Source of the DNA: Candidatus Thorarchaeota archaeon
GTDB taxonomy: Archaea; Asgardarchaeota; Thorarchaeia; Thorarchaeales; Thorarchaeaceae
Direction of reading: 5' to 3'
DNA: 64,000 nt
NCBI GenBank assembly: GCA_048882045.1
Contig: JBHLRZ010000002.1
Location: 128,001 to 192,000 of the forward strand
Shown here: piece after piece, positions 1-8,630 of the stretch
Position numbering within the stretch: the stretch's first letter is position 1
Layout of the letters: each line of letters opens with the position of its first letter
Translations under genes and position numbers: made by a program
Notes under the pieces: model-generated
Database searches by the model: none
What the model saw: the letters and a program-made list of their open reading frames with translations, nothing else
What the model was told of the DNA's origin: nothing

Positions 1-161
1 ACGACCAGTCATCTTCAAATTAGAACGTATTGAAGACTAATGGCACAGAAGAAGTTGTAGCAGGTATTGTACAAACACGAATCATTCTCAGTCTGGATAT
101 AATTCACTAAAATACACCGTCATATGTCGGCTATAATCTATAATCAGAATCCTGAGTCATT

Positions 162-968
162 TTGATCATGAGTTCAATGAACATGAAGCTCAGTTTCGCT
201 GATGAAGTGAAACAAAAAGCATTGGAAGTAGGTTTTGTGTCAGTTGGCATCGCTGATGTACACGCACTCAAGGATCTTCCGTATGGTTGGGTCGGGGAAG
301 TACGCGAATTGTACAGACCCGAGAATGAACTCCCAGGTGCAAAATCTGTAATCATGCTGGCATTCAACACTTGGGATCGAGCGTACAGTCTAAATGTTGA
401 ATCGTCGAGCTGGACAAACAATGGGGTTCAGCATCAAGACTCTAGATACGCTCACGGCAGCCTGGGCTACGAGGTGATGAAGAACAAGGCTTGGACCATT
501 GTTGAGTTTCTAAATGAGAGAGGATTCAAAGCGAGATGGTCATTAGGAATTCCTCTGAAGACAACAGCTGTTCTATGTGGTTTGGGGGCTCAAGGAAAGA
601 ACTCGCTTCTGATTACACCTGAATTCGGACCAAGGGTATTCTTGATAGCTGTTCTGACCTCTGCTTCTCTGACACCAGACAGTCCCTTTGAGGATGATCT
701 ATGCAAGAACTGTGATAGATGCATCAAGGTATGTCCTACTAGAGCAATTGAATCCTACAACCCCAGAATTGAACACTGTATGGTGTATCATTTAGAATGT
801 CCCGATTCCACAAACGTTCCTGACCATGTGAAAGAGAAATCAAGACAGCTCATCAAACGACCAACATCAAACAGCTATATCGAGTGTACAAGATGTGTAG
901 ATGTCTGCCCCATCGGGAAGGGACACGAAAGCAGTACTCAATATTCTCCCTTTCTCAATCTTGCCTGA
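162..968 (+). CDS. Epoxyqueuosine reductase / reductive dehalogenase-like Fe-S protein
   Basis: LPGAKSVI, GLGAQGKNSLLITPEFGPRV, CxxCxxCxxxCP and C-terminal CxxCxxxCP motifs. Confidence 0.75.
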   Translation: MIMSSMNMKLSFADEVKQKALEVGFVSVGIADVHALKDLPYGWVGEVRELYRPENELPGAKSVIMLAFNTWDRAYSLNVESSSWTNNGVQHQDSRYAHGSLGYEVMKNKAWTIVEFLNERGFKARWSLGIPLKTTAVLCGLGAQGKNSLLITPEFGPRVFLIAVLTSASLTPDSPFEDDLCKNCDRCIKVCPTRAIESYNPRIEHCMVYHLECPDSTNVPDHVKEKSRQLIKRPTSNSYIECTRCVDVCPIGKGHESSTQYSPFLNLA

Positions 969-1070
969 AAATCACTGGTAAGGTTCCGAAGTAAAGGTGG
1001 GATTGAGTGGTCACAAGTTTTCCAAGCTCACATTCGGCTCATAGTTCTTAGATGAAACAACAACTTTAAA

Positions 1071-1104
1071 TGTAAAGTTTACTTTACGTAAAGTGAACTT
1101 TACA
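1071..1104. promoter_or_regulatory. Double palindromic operator, two tandem GTAAAG-N4-CTTTAC units
   Basis: TGTAAAGTTTACTTTACGTAAAGTGAACTTTACA is a 34-bp near-perfect palindrome between a TTTAAA box and the HTH gene start. Confidence 0.8.
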
Positions 1105-1111
1105 TCACAAA

Positions 1112-1363
1112 GTGAGTGTGACTGATGTGATTGTCAACAGAATCAAGGAGCTTCGAGAACTAGAGATGTCGAAGGCATCCAATCATGACGATTGGACTCA
1201 AGAAGGCCTAGCACGTCGTTTGGGTGTCACACGTCAGACTATAATCTCCATCGAAAAGGGTACTTACAATCCTTCCCTTCTGCTTGCGTTCAAACTTTCA
1301 CGCATCTTTGAGATGAAAATTGAAGATATGTTCCAGTACAGAGATGATAAAGATGCAAACTGA
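1112..1363 (+). CDS. Cro/C1 (XRE) HTH transcriptional regulator
   Basis: TQEGLARRLGVTRQTIISIEKGTYNPSLLLAFKLS. Confidence 0.92.
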   Translation: MSVTDVIVNRIKELRELEMSKASNHDDWTQEGLARRLGVTRQTIISIEKGTYNPSLLLAFKLSRIFEMKIEDMFQYRDDKDAN

Positions 1364-1649
1364 AATGGGTGAAACCTTTCTGATGTTCTATGTAACACTT
1401 GGACTTGTTCTTTTGATCAATGCAGTCATTTTGCTATACATCAAGAGAATCCAAGATGAGCGCTATCTACAGATCTTGGGTTTGGGAGGTCGAAACGCGT
1501 TCGTCTTTGTGATGATTATTTTGCCAATAATAAGTGCGTTGCAATTCATGGGTCTTCCTTGGATAGTTCCAGGATTCTCAGTCTTTGTATTATGGATATC
1601 CTCATTCTTTGCTCTCTATGGTTCAAGTTACTATTACTACAGGAGTTAG
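1353..1649 (+). CDS. Small membrane protein, DUF2178-like (start uncertain)
   Basis: Three TM segments, DER motif, C-terminal YYYR; follows the XRE gene. Confidence 0.7.
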   Translation: MQTEMGETFLMFYVTLGLVLLINAVILLYIKRIQDERYLQILGLGGRNAFVFVMIILPIISALQFMGLPWIVPGFSVFVLWISSFFALYGSSYYYYRS

Positions 1650-2036
1650 ATGAAACAAGGAGGAACAATGACAATGAATCGTAGTCTAAAGACAGCCCTG
1701 AGTATTGTAGCAACTGTAGCAATTGTTTTTGTGATACTTTGGATTCTAGGTTTGTACAATCTGAGTAGCTATGGTGGAGCCATCGGAGGTATGGTTGGTG
1801 GTGTTCTTGGAGCGAGCTATATGCGGCGTTTCTATGATGAGCGGTTCACACAGATCATGAATCTCGCTGCAAGGAACGCCTTTGTCTTTCTGGTGATCAT
1901 CCTCCCTCTGACTTCCATTGTTCTTGTTTCAGTTGAAGAAGTCACACTTCAAATCGCAGCAGGTCTTGTCGTTGTGCCGTGGATATCCTCGCTCATCATT
2001 CTCTACCTGTCGCTGTTCTATTACTATCGAAAATAG
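1650..2036 (+). CDS. Small membrane protein, DUF2178-like, paralog of the upstream gene
   Basis: DERFTQIMNLAARNAFVF and YYYRK mirror the upstream ORF. Confidence 0.72.
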   Translation: MKQGGTMTMNRSLKTALSIVATVAIVFVILWILGLYNLSSYGGAIGGMVGGVLGASYMRRFYDERFTQIMNLAARNAFVFLVIILPLTSIVLVSVEEVTLQIAAGLVVVPWISSLIILYLSLFYYYRK

Positions 2037-2044
2037 ACTCTGTT

Positions 2045-2070
2045 CGAATAAGAAAAATGGTAGCGGGTAG
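2045..2070 (-). repeat. tRNA-iMet 3'-end copy 1 (att-like), 26-bp direct repeat
   Basis: CGAATAAGAAAAATGGTAGCGGGTAG is identical to 2422-2447; core TGGTAGCGGGT equals the tRNA 3' end at 3162-3172. Confidence 0.88.
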
Positions 2071-2123
2071 CGAAACAAGAATAGCAAAATTCAACTCAGA
2101 TTCATCACGTATTTCCACCACCA

Positions 2124-2447
2124 ATGCAAATCTTTGATCCTGCAACTGGCATAGTTGCAATCCTCGCTGGAGTAATACTCTCCTCGCTCATTGGTGGATT
2201 GTGTCTTAGGTATGTCTACAGAAACTCAGACCATTTGTTTGTTGGTGTAATGATAATCATCTTGGGATCTTTTGGGGTCTTCTGTACTCTATTTGCATGG
2301 TCGTATATATTCTCACATGTAGATTCATTCCTCCCTATAGGAGCTAGAATGACAATCCTCGGATTGGTAGTTCTACTTCCAATAGCCATCGGATTTGTTA
2401 CTACATCGGGTTTCAATAGAACGAATAAGAAAAATGGTAGCGGGTAG
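2124..2447 (+). CDS. Hypothetical 3-TM membrane protein (cassette cargo)
   Basis: 107-aa hydrophobic ORF between the repeats; its stop codon lies inside repeat copy 2. Confidence 0.65.
   Translation: MQIFDPATGIVAILAGVILSSLIGGLCLRYVYRNSDHLFVGVMIIILGSFGVFCTLFAWSYIFSHVDSFLPIGARMTILGLVVLLPIAIGFVTTSGFNRTNKKNGSG
2422..2447 (-). repeat. tRNA-iMet 3'-end copy 2 (att-like)
   Basis: Exact copy of 2045-2070. Confidence 0.88.
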
Positions 2448-2600
2448 TTTGAAAGGCAAGCTTCTTGACTGCCTTAGTAAAGTAATGGTCTTGAAAGATT
2501 AATATGGTTAGAATTATCAGATGATACTAGGGCATGCAGGACTAAGGAATCTAGCAACAAATTTGATGTCTTTATACAGAATCGTGGAGGAGGATTATTC

Positions 2601-3113
2601 ATAGTTGAAGGCAAAGATGAGCAGCTAGAGAAAGAGCTCTATGACCCGATAATAGCAGTGCTCAGAGAACGCTTTAGTGAAAAAGGTAAGTGCATATTAG
2701 ACACAACCGATCGACTCTTACATACTGATAATAGGATAAATCTAGATAATGTGGCACTTCTGTCCCTTAGCGTTGAGAGAAAGTTCCCTGATCTGATAGG
2801 ATGTCTTGACATCAGTGAAACGATATTTTCAGAGGAAAGTAGACTGATTGTGGTAGAAATAAAGAGAGGAGTTTTGACTCTTGGGGATTTATACCAAGTA
2901 AAGATGTATGCTGAAGTACTTCAGGCTTACTACGCGATTCTGATATCTCCTAGTGGGTTTCAGAGAGAACAAAGAAAGGCCATTATCGAAATTCCCGAAC
3001 TACTCAACTTTTGTGCTCAGGAATATGATCGTCAGATTGTAGTGATGTATTGGAGAGAAAATACTCTTGAAATAGATGAGGAATTATATTATGAGGACCC
3101 ATTAGAAACTTAA
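2601..3113 (+). CDS. PD-(D/E)xK restriction-endonuclease-like protein (cassette cargo); start 2601 (ATA) or 2658 (GTG)
   Basis: EKELYDPI...FPDLIG...IVVEIK...DLYQVKMY motifs; GGAGGAGG at 2586-2593. Confidence 0.7.
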   Translation: MVEGKDEQLEKELYDPIIAVLRERFSEKGKCILDTTDRLLHTDNRINLDNVALLSLSVERKFPDLIGCLDISETIFSEESRLIVVEIKRGVLTLGDLYQVKMYAEVLQAYYAILISPSGFQREQRKAIIEIPELLNFCAQEYDRQIVVMYWRENTLEIDEELYYEDPLET

Positions 3114-3161
3114 TTCCTTATCAGTTGAGATAATGTAGAGGGGTGAAATGAAAAGAAGAAG

Positions 3162-3303
3162 TGGTAGCGGGTGGAGGATTTGAACCTCCGATCTCGGGGT
3201 TTCCGAAGCGGGAGCTCAAAGCGTCATCGCTTTATGAGCCCCGCGGGATAGGCTTCACCCACGTGCGGACGAATCCACACAGGACTGGCTTCCCCAACCC
3301 GCT
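3162..3303 (-). tRNA. tRNA-iMet(CAT) with a D-loop intron (~3254-3284) and a canonical 37/38 intron (3201-3232); CCA encoded
   Basis: After intron removal: AGCGGGT TG GGGA AGCCAGGCCTA TCCC G CGGGG CT CAT AA CCCCG AGATC GGAGG TTCAAAT CCTCC ACCCGCT A CCA; A1-U72 and consecutive G-C anticodon-stem pairs indicate initiator. Confidence 0.92.
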
Positions 3304-3350
3304 TTTATTTAACCGTTCGTTTGAACAAACACAGCGACCGAGTCTGACGA

Positions 3351-3362
3351 CCCCAACCCGCT
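3351..3362 (-). repeat. Upstream duplicate of the first 12 nt of tRNA-iMet
   Basis: AGCGGGTTGGGG (minus strand) at both 3351-3362 and 3292-3303. Confidence 0.85.
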
Positions 3363-3391
3363 ATGCTTGGACTGGGGTTTGCTAGAGGGAG

Positions 3392-3398
3392 TTTTAAA
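3392..3398 (-). promoter_or_regulatory. TATA box of the tRNA-iMet transcript
   Basis: TTTAAAA about 30 nt upstream of the duplicated 5' end. Confidence 0.55.
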
Positions 3399-3485
3399 GT
3401 TATTCGTAGGAATCTGAGAATCGAATATGTTATAGTCGCGGAATGTTATGATATTGGAAACACATAGGGCAAATGAGGTGTTTAC

Positions 3486-4421
3486 GTGAAGATTTCTGAG
3501 AGTGTCTTGGATGCGATTGGGAATACATCCTTAGTGCAATTGAAGAAGGTGGTTCCTGACAATCATGCAAGAGTATTAGTGAAATTGGAGTGGGAGAATC
3601 CAACGGGGAGCATGAAAGACCGGATGGCCCAGTCCATGATTGAAAAGGCGGAGGAAGATGGAAGATTAAGTGCTGGTGGTACTGTTGTAGAGTATACAGG
3701 AGGAAGCACGGGCACATCGCTGGCATTGATCTGTGCTATCAAAGGATATCGTTTCCAAGTTGTTTCCTCAGATGTATTCAGTCAAGACAAGCTAAACCAC
3801 ATGAAGGCATTGGGCGCAGAACTGACAATCGTCCCAAGTAGGGGACTTGGGATTAGGAGAGAATTAATCGAGGAGATGATAGAAACCGCTCAAAAACTGA
3901 GTGATTCTCCTGGTACCTACTGGACAGACCAACTGAACAACAAGGACAATGTGTCGGGCTATTTTCCGTTGGGTGAAGAGATTTGGGACCAGACAGGTGG
4001 TAAGGTCGATGCTTTTGTGCATGTGGCTGGGACAGCCGGATCTATCATCGGTACTTCAAGAGTATTGAAGGAGCACAACCCGCAGGTGAGAATTGTTGCT
4101 GTTGAACCTAACGAGTCCCCAGTTTTGTCGGGAGGTGAGAGTGGTTCACACGACATAGAAGGAATTGGGATTGGGTTCCTTCCACCCCTCTGGGATGGTA
4201 GCCTTGTCGATGAAGTCGTTCGCATTCCAACTGAAGAGGCTAAAGAGATGGCAAGATTACTAGCAAGAGAAGAGGGACTATGCGCAGGCACTTCATCAGG
4301 TGCAAATGTGGCTGCAGCCATAAAGGTTGCCAAAGAATTGGGTCCTAGCGCAACAGTAGTTACGCTGTTAGTCGATTCGGGTCTGAAGTACTTGAGTACA
4401 GATCTTTACAAATCCAGTTAA
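3486..4421 (+). CDS. cysK: Cysteine synthase family PLP enzyme
   Basis: KLEWENPTGSMKDR, GTAGS, GTSSGA. Confidence 0.88.
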   Translation: MKISESVLDAIGNTSLVQLKKVVPDNHARVLVKLEWENPTGSMKDRMAQSMIEKAEEDGRLSAGGTVVEYTGGSTGTSLALICAIKGYRFQVVSSDVFSQDKLNHMKALGAELTIVPSRGLGIRRELIEEMIETAQKLSDSPGTYWTDQLNNKDNVSGYFPLGEEIWDQTGGKVDAFVHVAGTAGSIIGTSRVLKEHNPQVRIVAVEPNESPVLSGGESGSHDIEGIGIGFLPPLWDGSLVDEVVRIPTEEAKEMARLLAREEGLCAGTSSGANVAAAIKVAKELGPSATVVTLLVDSGLKYLSTDLYKSS

Positions 4422-4455
4422 TTAGGTTCTGGGTCATCACAAGGGCTTCAGAGAG

Positions 4456-5082
4456 GTGTGTGAGGAAATGGGAGACTCAGAGATAATCAAGAAGTTTCGT
4501 CGAATACTTGAAGAATGTGAGGAAGAACATGTATTCAATGGCACAATTCTAGAGCTTGACACACCAATAGACTATGCACCATATCGTGTAAGAGGGATAT
4601 CTGTTGAAGCAGCTAGTGGACTTCACAAAGTCAGGTTTTCTAGAAACTTTCGAAATGATCTCGACATAGAGATAGCCCCACTGAACATTGAGGATGAAGT
4701 TGTGGTCTTTGGTCGTCAGAGCAAGCAGAAAGAGAATGAAACATCACCAATAATCATTCTTCTTCCCAAAGAGAGAACCATGATTCTTGCACGAGAGCGA
4801 GAACCAACAGGTTGGCAAGGAGGATGGTCCGAGTGGAGTGTTGTTGGATCTGCTGTGGTTGCTCTGGTTCTCAGCGCAGTAGGGATGTATATAGTGTATT
4901 TTGAAGAATCCAGTTCCTATACACCACTGGAATGGTTTGTGGGTGCATACTTCTTCTTCTTCCTCATGCTTGGACTTGAGTGGTACAACAAGTTCTCAAA
5001 GAGAGAACGAGTAATTCACTGTAATCCAAAGGATTGGGAAATCATCACTGAAGAGGTTTCAAGGAAATACAACATCATGTAG
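4456..5082 (+). CDS. Hypothetical protein, possible OB-like N-terminus plus two TM helices
   Basis: 208-aa ORF with two hydrophobic helices. Confidence 0.6.
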   Translation: MCEEMGDSEIIKKFRRILEECEEEHVFNGTILELDTPIDYAPYRVRGISVEAASGLHKVRFSRNFRNDLDIEIAPLNIEDEVVVFGRQSKQKENETSPIIILLPKERTMILAREREPTGWQGGWSEWSVVGSAVVALVLSAVGMYIVYFEESSSYTPLEWFVGAYFFFFLMLGLEWYNKFSKRERVIHCNPKDWEIITEEVSRKYNIM

Positions 5083-6274
5083 ATGACTTCACGTTCTTAG
5101 CAAACTCCATCCCGAAGTTGACGGCCTGTTCGAGTTCTTTAGCATCTGGAACCCACTTCACAGTGAAAGGCTCCATCACTATGTCCATTTTCCCCTTCTC
5201 CATGGACTCCTGAATCTTCTTCACAGCACCTCCGCCCCACCCATAGGAACCGAATGCAGCACACTTCTTGCCAACAGGTTTTAGCATCTCCAAATCAGAA
5301 AGCACCGATGCTACATTTGGCAGGATGTCATTGTGCATAGTAGAACTCCCAACGAGAATACCTCTTGCCTCCAATAGATCAGCCATGATGTCGTAGCGGT
5401 CACAGTGAGGGATGAGCTTCATAACAGGTTCCAATCCCTCACTTCGTATGCCTTCCGCGATGGCTCTTGCAATCTTTGTCGTGCTCTCCCACATCGTGTC
5501 CCAGGTGATGACCACCTTGTCTTGAAGCCTTTCGCCTTTGGCCCACTCAAGGTATCGGGTCACAATCTGAAGAGGATCTTTTCGCCATATCAGACCGTGA
5601 GATGGAGCTATCATCTTGATAGGGAGCCCCAACTCGACAACCTCCTCAATTTTCCTCTGGACCATTCTACTCAATGGCCAGAGGATGTTAGCATAGTATT
5701 TCTCAGCCTCTCGCCAAAGGACATTCTGTTCCACCTCGTCAGCAAACCTACTTTCAGTGGCATAATGTTGACCAAATGCATCATTTGGCAACAACAGCTC
5801 CTTCTCAACATAATATGTGAACATGGACTCAGGCCAGTGAAGCATTGGTGCCTCATAGAACCTGAGAGTCTTACCTCCCAAGTCTATCTCATCACCTGTC
5901 TTGACTGTTTGAATGTTCCATCCATCACCATAGTGTTTCTTGAGTTGATCAACAGCCTTTGAACTGCAGATGAGTTTGGCATCTGAAGCCATCTCAAGGA
6001 CCTTTGGAGTTGTTCCTGAATGGTCCATCTCTGTGTGATTCGATATCATATAGTCGATTTTCTGTATATCAATGACCTTGGATATTCTCGACAACATCTC
6101 GTCGGCAAACAGACCCATAACAGAATCAACCAGCGCGACTTTTTTCCCTACAATTAGATAGGAATTGTAGGTAGTCCCGTGGTGTGTTGTGTAGCTAAAA
6201 CCGTGGAAATTTCGAATGTTGTAATCTAAGGCGCCTACCCAGTATACATCCTTCATAATCTCAAATGGTTCCAA
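5075..6274 (-). CDS. fprA: Flavodiiron protein (FprA family)
   Basis: GTTYNSYL, NHTEMDHSG, PMLHWPES, DAFGQH, flavodoxin domain FGSYGWGG. Confidence 0.93.
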   Translation of the reverse strand: MEPFEIMKDVYWVGALDYNIRNFHGFSYTTHHGTTYNSYLIVGKKVALVDSVMGLFADEMLSRISKVIDIQKIDYMISNHTEMDHSGTTPKVLEMASDAKLICSSKAVDQLKKHYGDGWNIQTVKTGDEIDLGGKTLRFYEAPMLHWPESMFTYYVEKELLLPNDAFGQHYATESRFADEVEQNVLWREAEKYYANILWPLSRMVQRKIEEVVELGLPIKMIAPSHGLIWRKDPLQIVTRYLEWAKGERLQDKVVITWDTMWESTTKIARAIAEGIRSEGLEPVMKLIPHCDRYDIMADLLEARGILVGSSTMHNDILPNVASVLSDLEMLKPVGKKCAAFGSYGWGGGAVKKIQESMEKGKMDIVMEPFTVKWVPDAKELEQAVNFGMEFAKNVKSST

Positions 6275-6331
6275 AAGAATCTCCTCAACTCTCTATAGTC
6301 AGTTGCAGGATATAAAGAAGAGAATATGGCA

Positions 6332-6742
6332 CTAATTTATCGAATATCTGTCTGATTCAAGCGAAGTATCAACTCGATATTCCCACTCAGGACTCTCTGT
6401 TTCGAATCCTTGGAGGCCTTGACTCCGGTTCACCCATCGCCAGCAGGGTACAGCTCCTACCATTTCAAGCTGATAGAGATTAGCCTTGGTTGCGCTGTAT
6501 CTGATCTCAAGTAGAGTTCCTTCTGGAAGACTATCAATATCTCCCACATCTAGAGATGTTCGTCCATATCCGTCCTTCTCTCCACGCTTTGAGAGGAAGT
6601 ACCTGATATTCCCACCATTGACAGGACTCTTCATGATCACTGCGACATGTGGTCTAGAAATAGGATCCCACCACCTGGGTATACCAGGGCGTCGGATAAC
6701 ATAGTCATTGGTAAATGGTTGATTATGTACGAACATTTGCAT
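6332..6742 (-). CDS. Hypothetical protein
   Basis: 136-aa ORF with upstream GGAG and TATA-like element. Confidence 0.6.
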   Translation of the reverse strand: MQMFVHNQPFTNDYVIRRPGIPRWWDPISRPHVAVIMKSPVNGGNIRYFLSKRGEKDGYGRTSLDVGDIDSLPEGTLLEIRYSATKANLYQLEMVGAVPCWRWVNRSQGLQGFETESPEWEYRVDTSLESDRYSIN

Positions 6743-6978
6743 CCGCAGTCACTCCAACTATATGATTCCAAGTTCTCTATATAAGCGGGCATCGCGTATT
6801 ACGATGCACCACAGGGCTTATTCTGATGAACTCTAACGCCACTCTAAATAGTTAGTAATACCCAGGACTGGAAGACCACTGCAGTGGAAGTGGAGGGAAG
6901 CAAGACAGCATTTTACGTACTTAACAAATGGCCATTTCCATTGATTGACCGTTTGTAAATCTCTACTACCCAAGACTG

Positions 6979-7290
6979 TCAAGTTTCATCTTCAGCCTGG
7001 AGACCAACCACAAGTGACCGACCTTCGAATATAGATTTCGTCACCTTGGCTCTAGCACTGGCCAGAAGTCTCCAGATCGTACCACGCGAAACACCCATCG
7101 ACGCTCCAGCCTGTTCTTGATACATTCCTTCTAGGTCAACTAATCGCAATACCTCTGCTTCTGCCAAGTCGATATGGATGGGCTCACGGGCGCTTGAAGG
7201 TTCAGGTGTCATCTTCTCTGCTAAGGGTTTGCGCCCAATCTTGGGCTGGATAGGGAACCTACCACGGCCTCCTTTTCTTCGCCTGTGCAA
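6979..7290 (-). CDS. DUF134 family HTH DNA-binding protein
   Basis: EAEVLRLVDLEGMYQEQAGASMGVSRGTIWRLLASAR. Confidence 0.88.
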   Translation of the reverse strand: MHRRRKGGRGRFPIQPKIGRKPLAEKMTPEPSSAREPIHIDLAEAEVLRLVDLEGMYQEQAGASMGVSRGTIWRLLASARAKVTKSIFEGRSLVVGLQAEDET

Positions 7291-7412
7291 TTCAATCCCT
7301 CCAACCCTTATCTATAGGTGAGCTTTCTTATTACGTTTGTCAAGGTAGTAAGAGTGAAGCGTTTATCTCTAGGTGAGGAAATAGAGAACTAGATTTCAGG
7401 AAGTGATATGAT

Positions 7413-8630
7413 ATGGGATTCGTCATTGGCATTGTCGGTAAACCGTCGTGTGGGAAGACCTCGTTCACAAACGCAGCATGCATGACCGATTTCAAGGTGG
7501 GGAGTTATCCCTTCACAACAATAGAAGCCAATGTGGGAGTTACGCATGTCCGGACAGCCTGTGCTTGCGCAGACTTTGATGTTGAGGATAATCCCAAGAA
7601 TAGCATATGTATTGACCGTGTGAGATTGGTTCCAATCAAACTGATAGATGTAGCAGGACTAGTACCTGGAGCACATGAAGGTAGGGGAATGGGGAACCAG
7701 TTTCTCGATGACCTCAGACAAGCAGATGTGCTTATTCATATCGTGGATGCGAGTGGGGCTCTTGATGCAGAAGGACAGGAAGTTGATGCAGGCAGTCATG
7801 ATCCAGTCGACGACGTGAGATTTCTCGAAGAGGAACTGACAGAATGGTTGCTTGGAATCATACAGAAGGACTGGCGTAGAATCACAGGTCGTGTCAGATC
7901 AGAGGGTGCAAAGCTAGAAGAACTTCTCTTGGAAAAGCTGTCTGGTCTAAAGATTACAAGAGCACACATCCTCAAGGCATTGCGTGGCTCGAATCTCAAG
8001 TCTGAAACCGTAGACAAATGGACAGATGATGAAACAAGATCTTTCGTGCAGACATTGCAGAAGATAGCCAAACCCATCATCATTGCGGCGAACAAGATAG
8101 ATAGGCCTAACGCAGAGGAAAACCTGGGGCGTTTGGAAGAAGAATTTCCAGACTATCTTGTTGTACCAGTTAGTGCACTTGCAGAAAAGGTCCTCAAAGA
8201 CCTCGAAAAGAAAGGCGTAATCAAGTACATTCCTGGTGATGATGATTTTGAGATCCTCACACCCGACATCCTCAAGAAGGATGAGCTTGCACAACTGGAG
8301 AAGATATGTGATAAAATCCTGAAAAGGTATGGGGGATCAGGAGTTCAGAACATTCTGAATAGGGCTGTATTCGACTATCTACACATGATAACCGTCTATC
8401 CTGTCCATGATGCAAACTCGCTAACAGACAGTGACGGTAATGTGCTACCCGATGTGTATCTTGTACCAGAGGGGACAACAGCCAAGGAGTTTGCTGGATT
8501 CATCCATACTGACCTCATGGAGTCGTTCATTCATGGAATAGATGCTCGCACTAAGATGCGTATCTCCGACAAACATGAATTAAAGGATCGAGACGTCATC
8601 AAGATTGTAAGTGCTAAGGGGTCAAAGTAA
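7413..8630 (+). CDS. ychF: Obg-family GTPase/ATPase (YchF/Ygr210 type) with TGS domain
   Basis: GKPSCGKT, YPFTT, DVAGLVPGA, NKID, IHTDL. Confidence 0.9.
   Translation: MGFVIGIVGKPSCGKTSFTNAACMTDFKVGSYPFTTIEANVGVTHVRTACACADFDVEDNPKNSICIDRVRLVPIKLIDVAGLVPGAHEGRGMGNQFLDDLRQADVLIHIVDASGALDAEGQEVDAGSHDPVDDVRFLEEELTEWLLGIIQKDWRRITGRVRSEGAKLEELLLEKLSGLKITRAHILKALRGSNLKSETVDKWTDDETRSFVQTLQKIAKPIIIAANKIDRPNAEENLGRLEEEFPDYLVVPVSALAEKVLKDLEKKGVIKYIPGDDDFEILTPDILKKDELAQLEKICDKILKRYGGSGVQNILNRAVFDYLHMITVYPVHDANSLTDSDGNVLPDVYLVPEGTTAKEFAGFIHTDLMESFIHGIDARTKMRISDKHELKDRDVIKIVSAKGSK

Noticed and set aside
2045-2447. CRISPR array from the 26-bp direct repeat
   Set aside because: Only two copies, 377 bp apart, derived from the tRNA end; no cas genes
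3304-3362. Third intron in tRNA-iMet using the upstream 5' copy
   Set aside because: No convincing BHB can be drawn across the direct repeat; treated as leader instead
3161-3385. 74-aa ORF
   Set aside because: Antisense shadow of the tRNA-iMet gene
6823-6871. Box C/D sRNA starting at CTGATGA
   Set aside because: No proper CTGA D or D' box downstream
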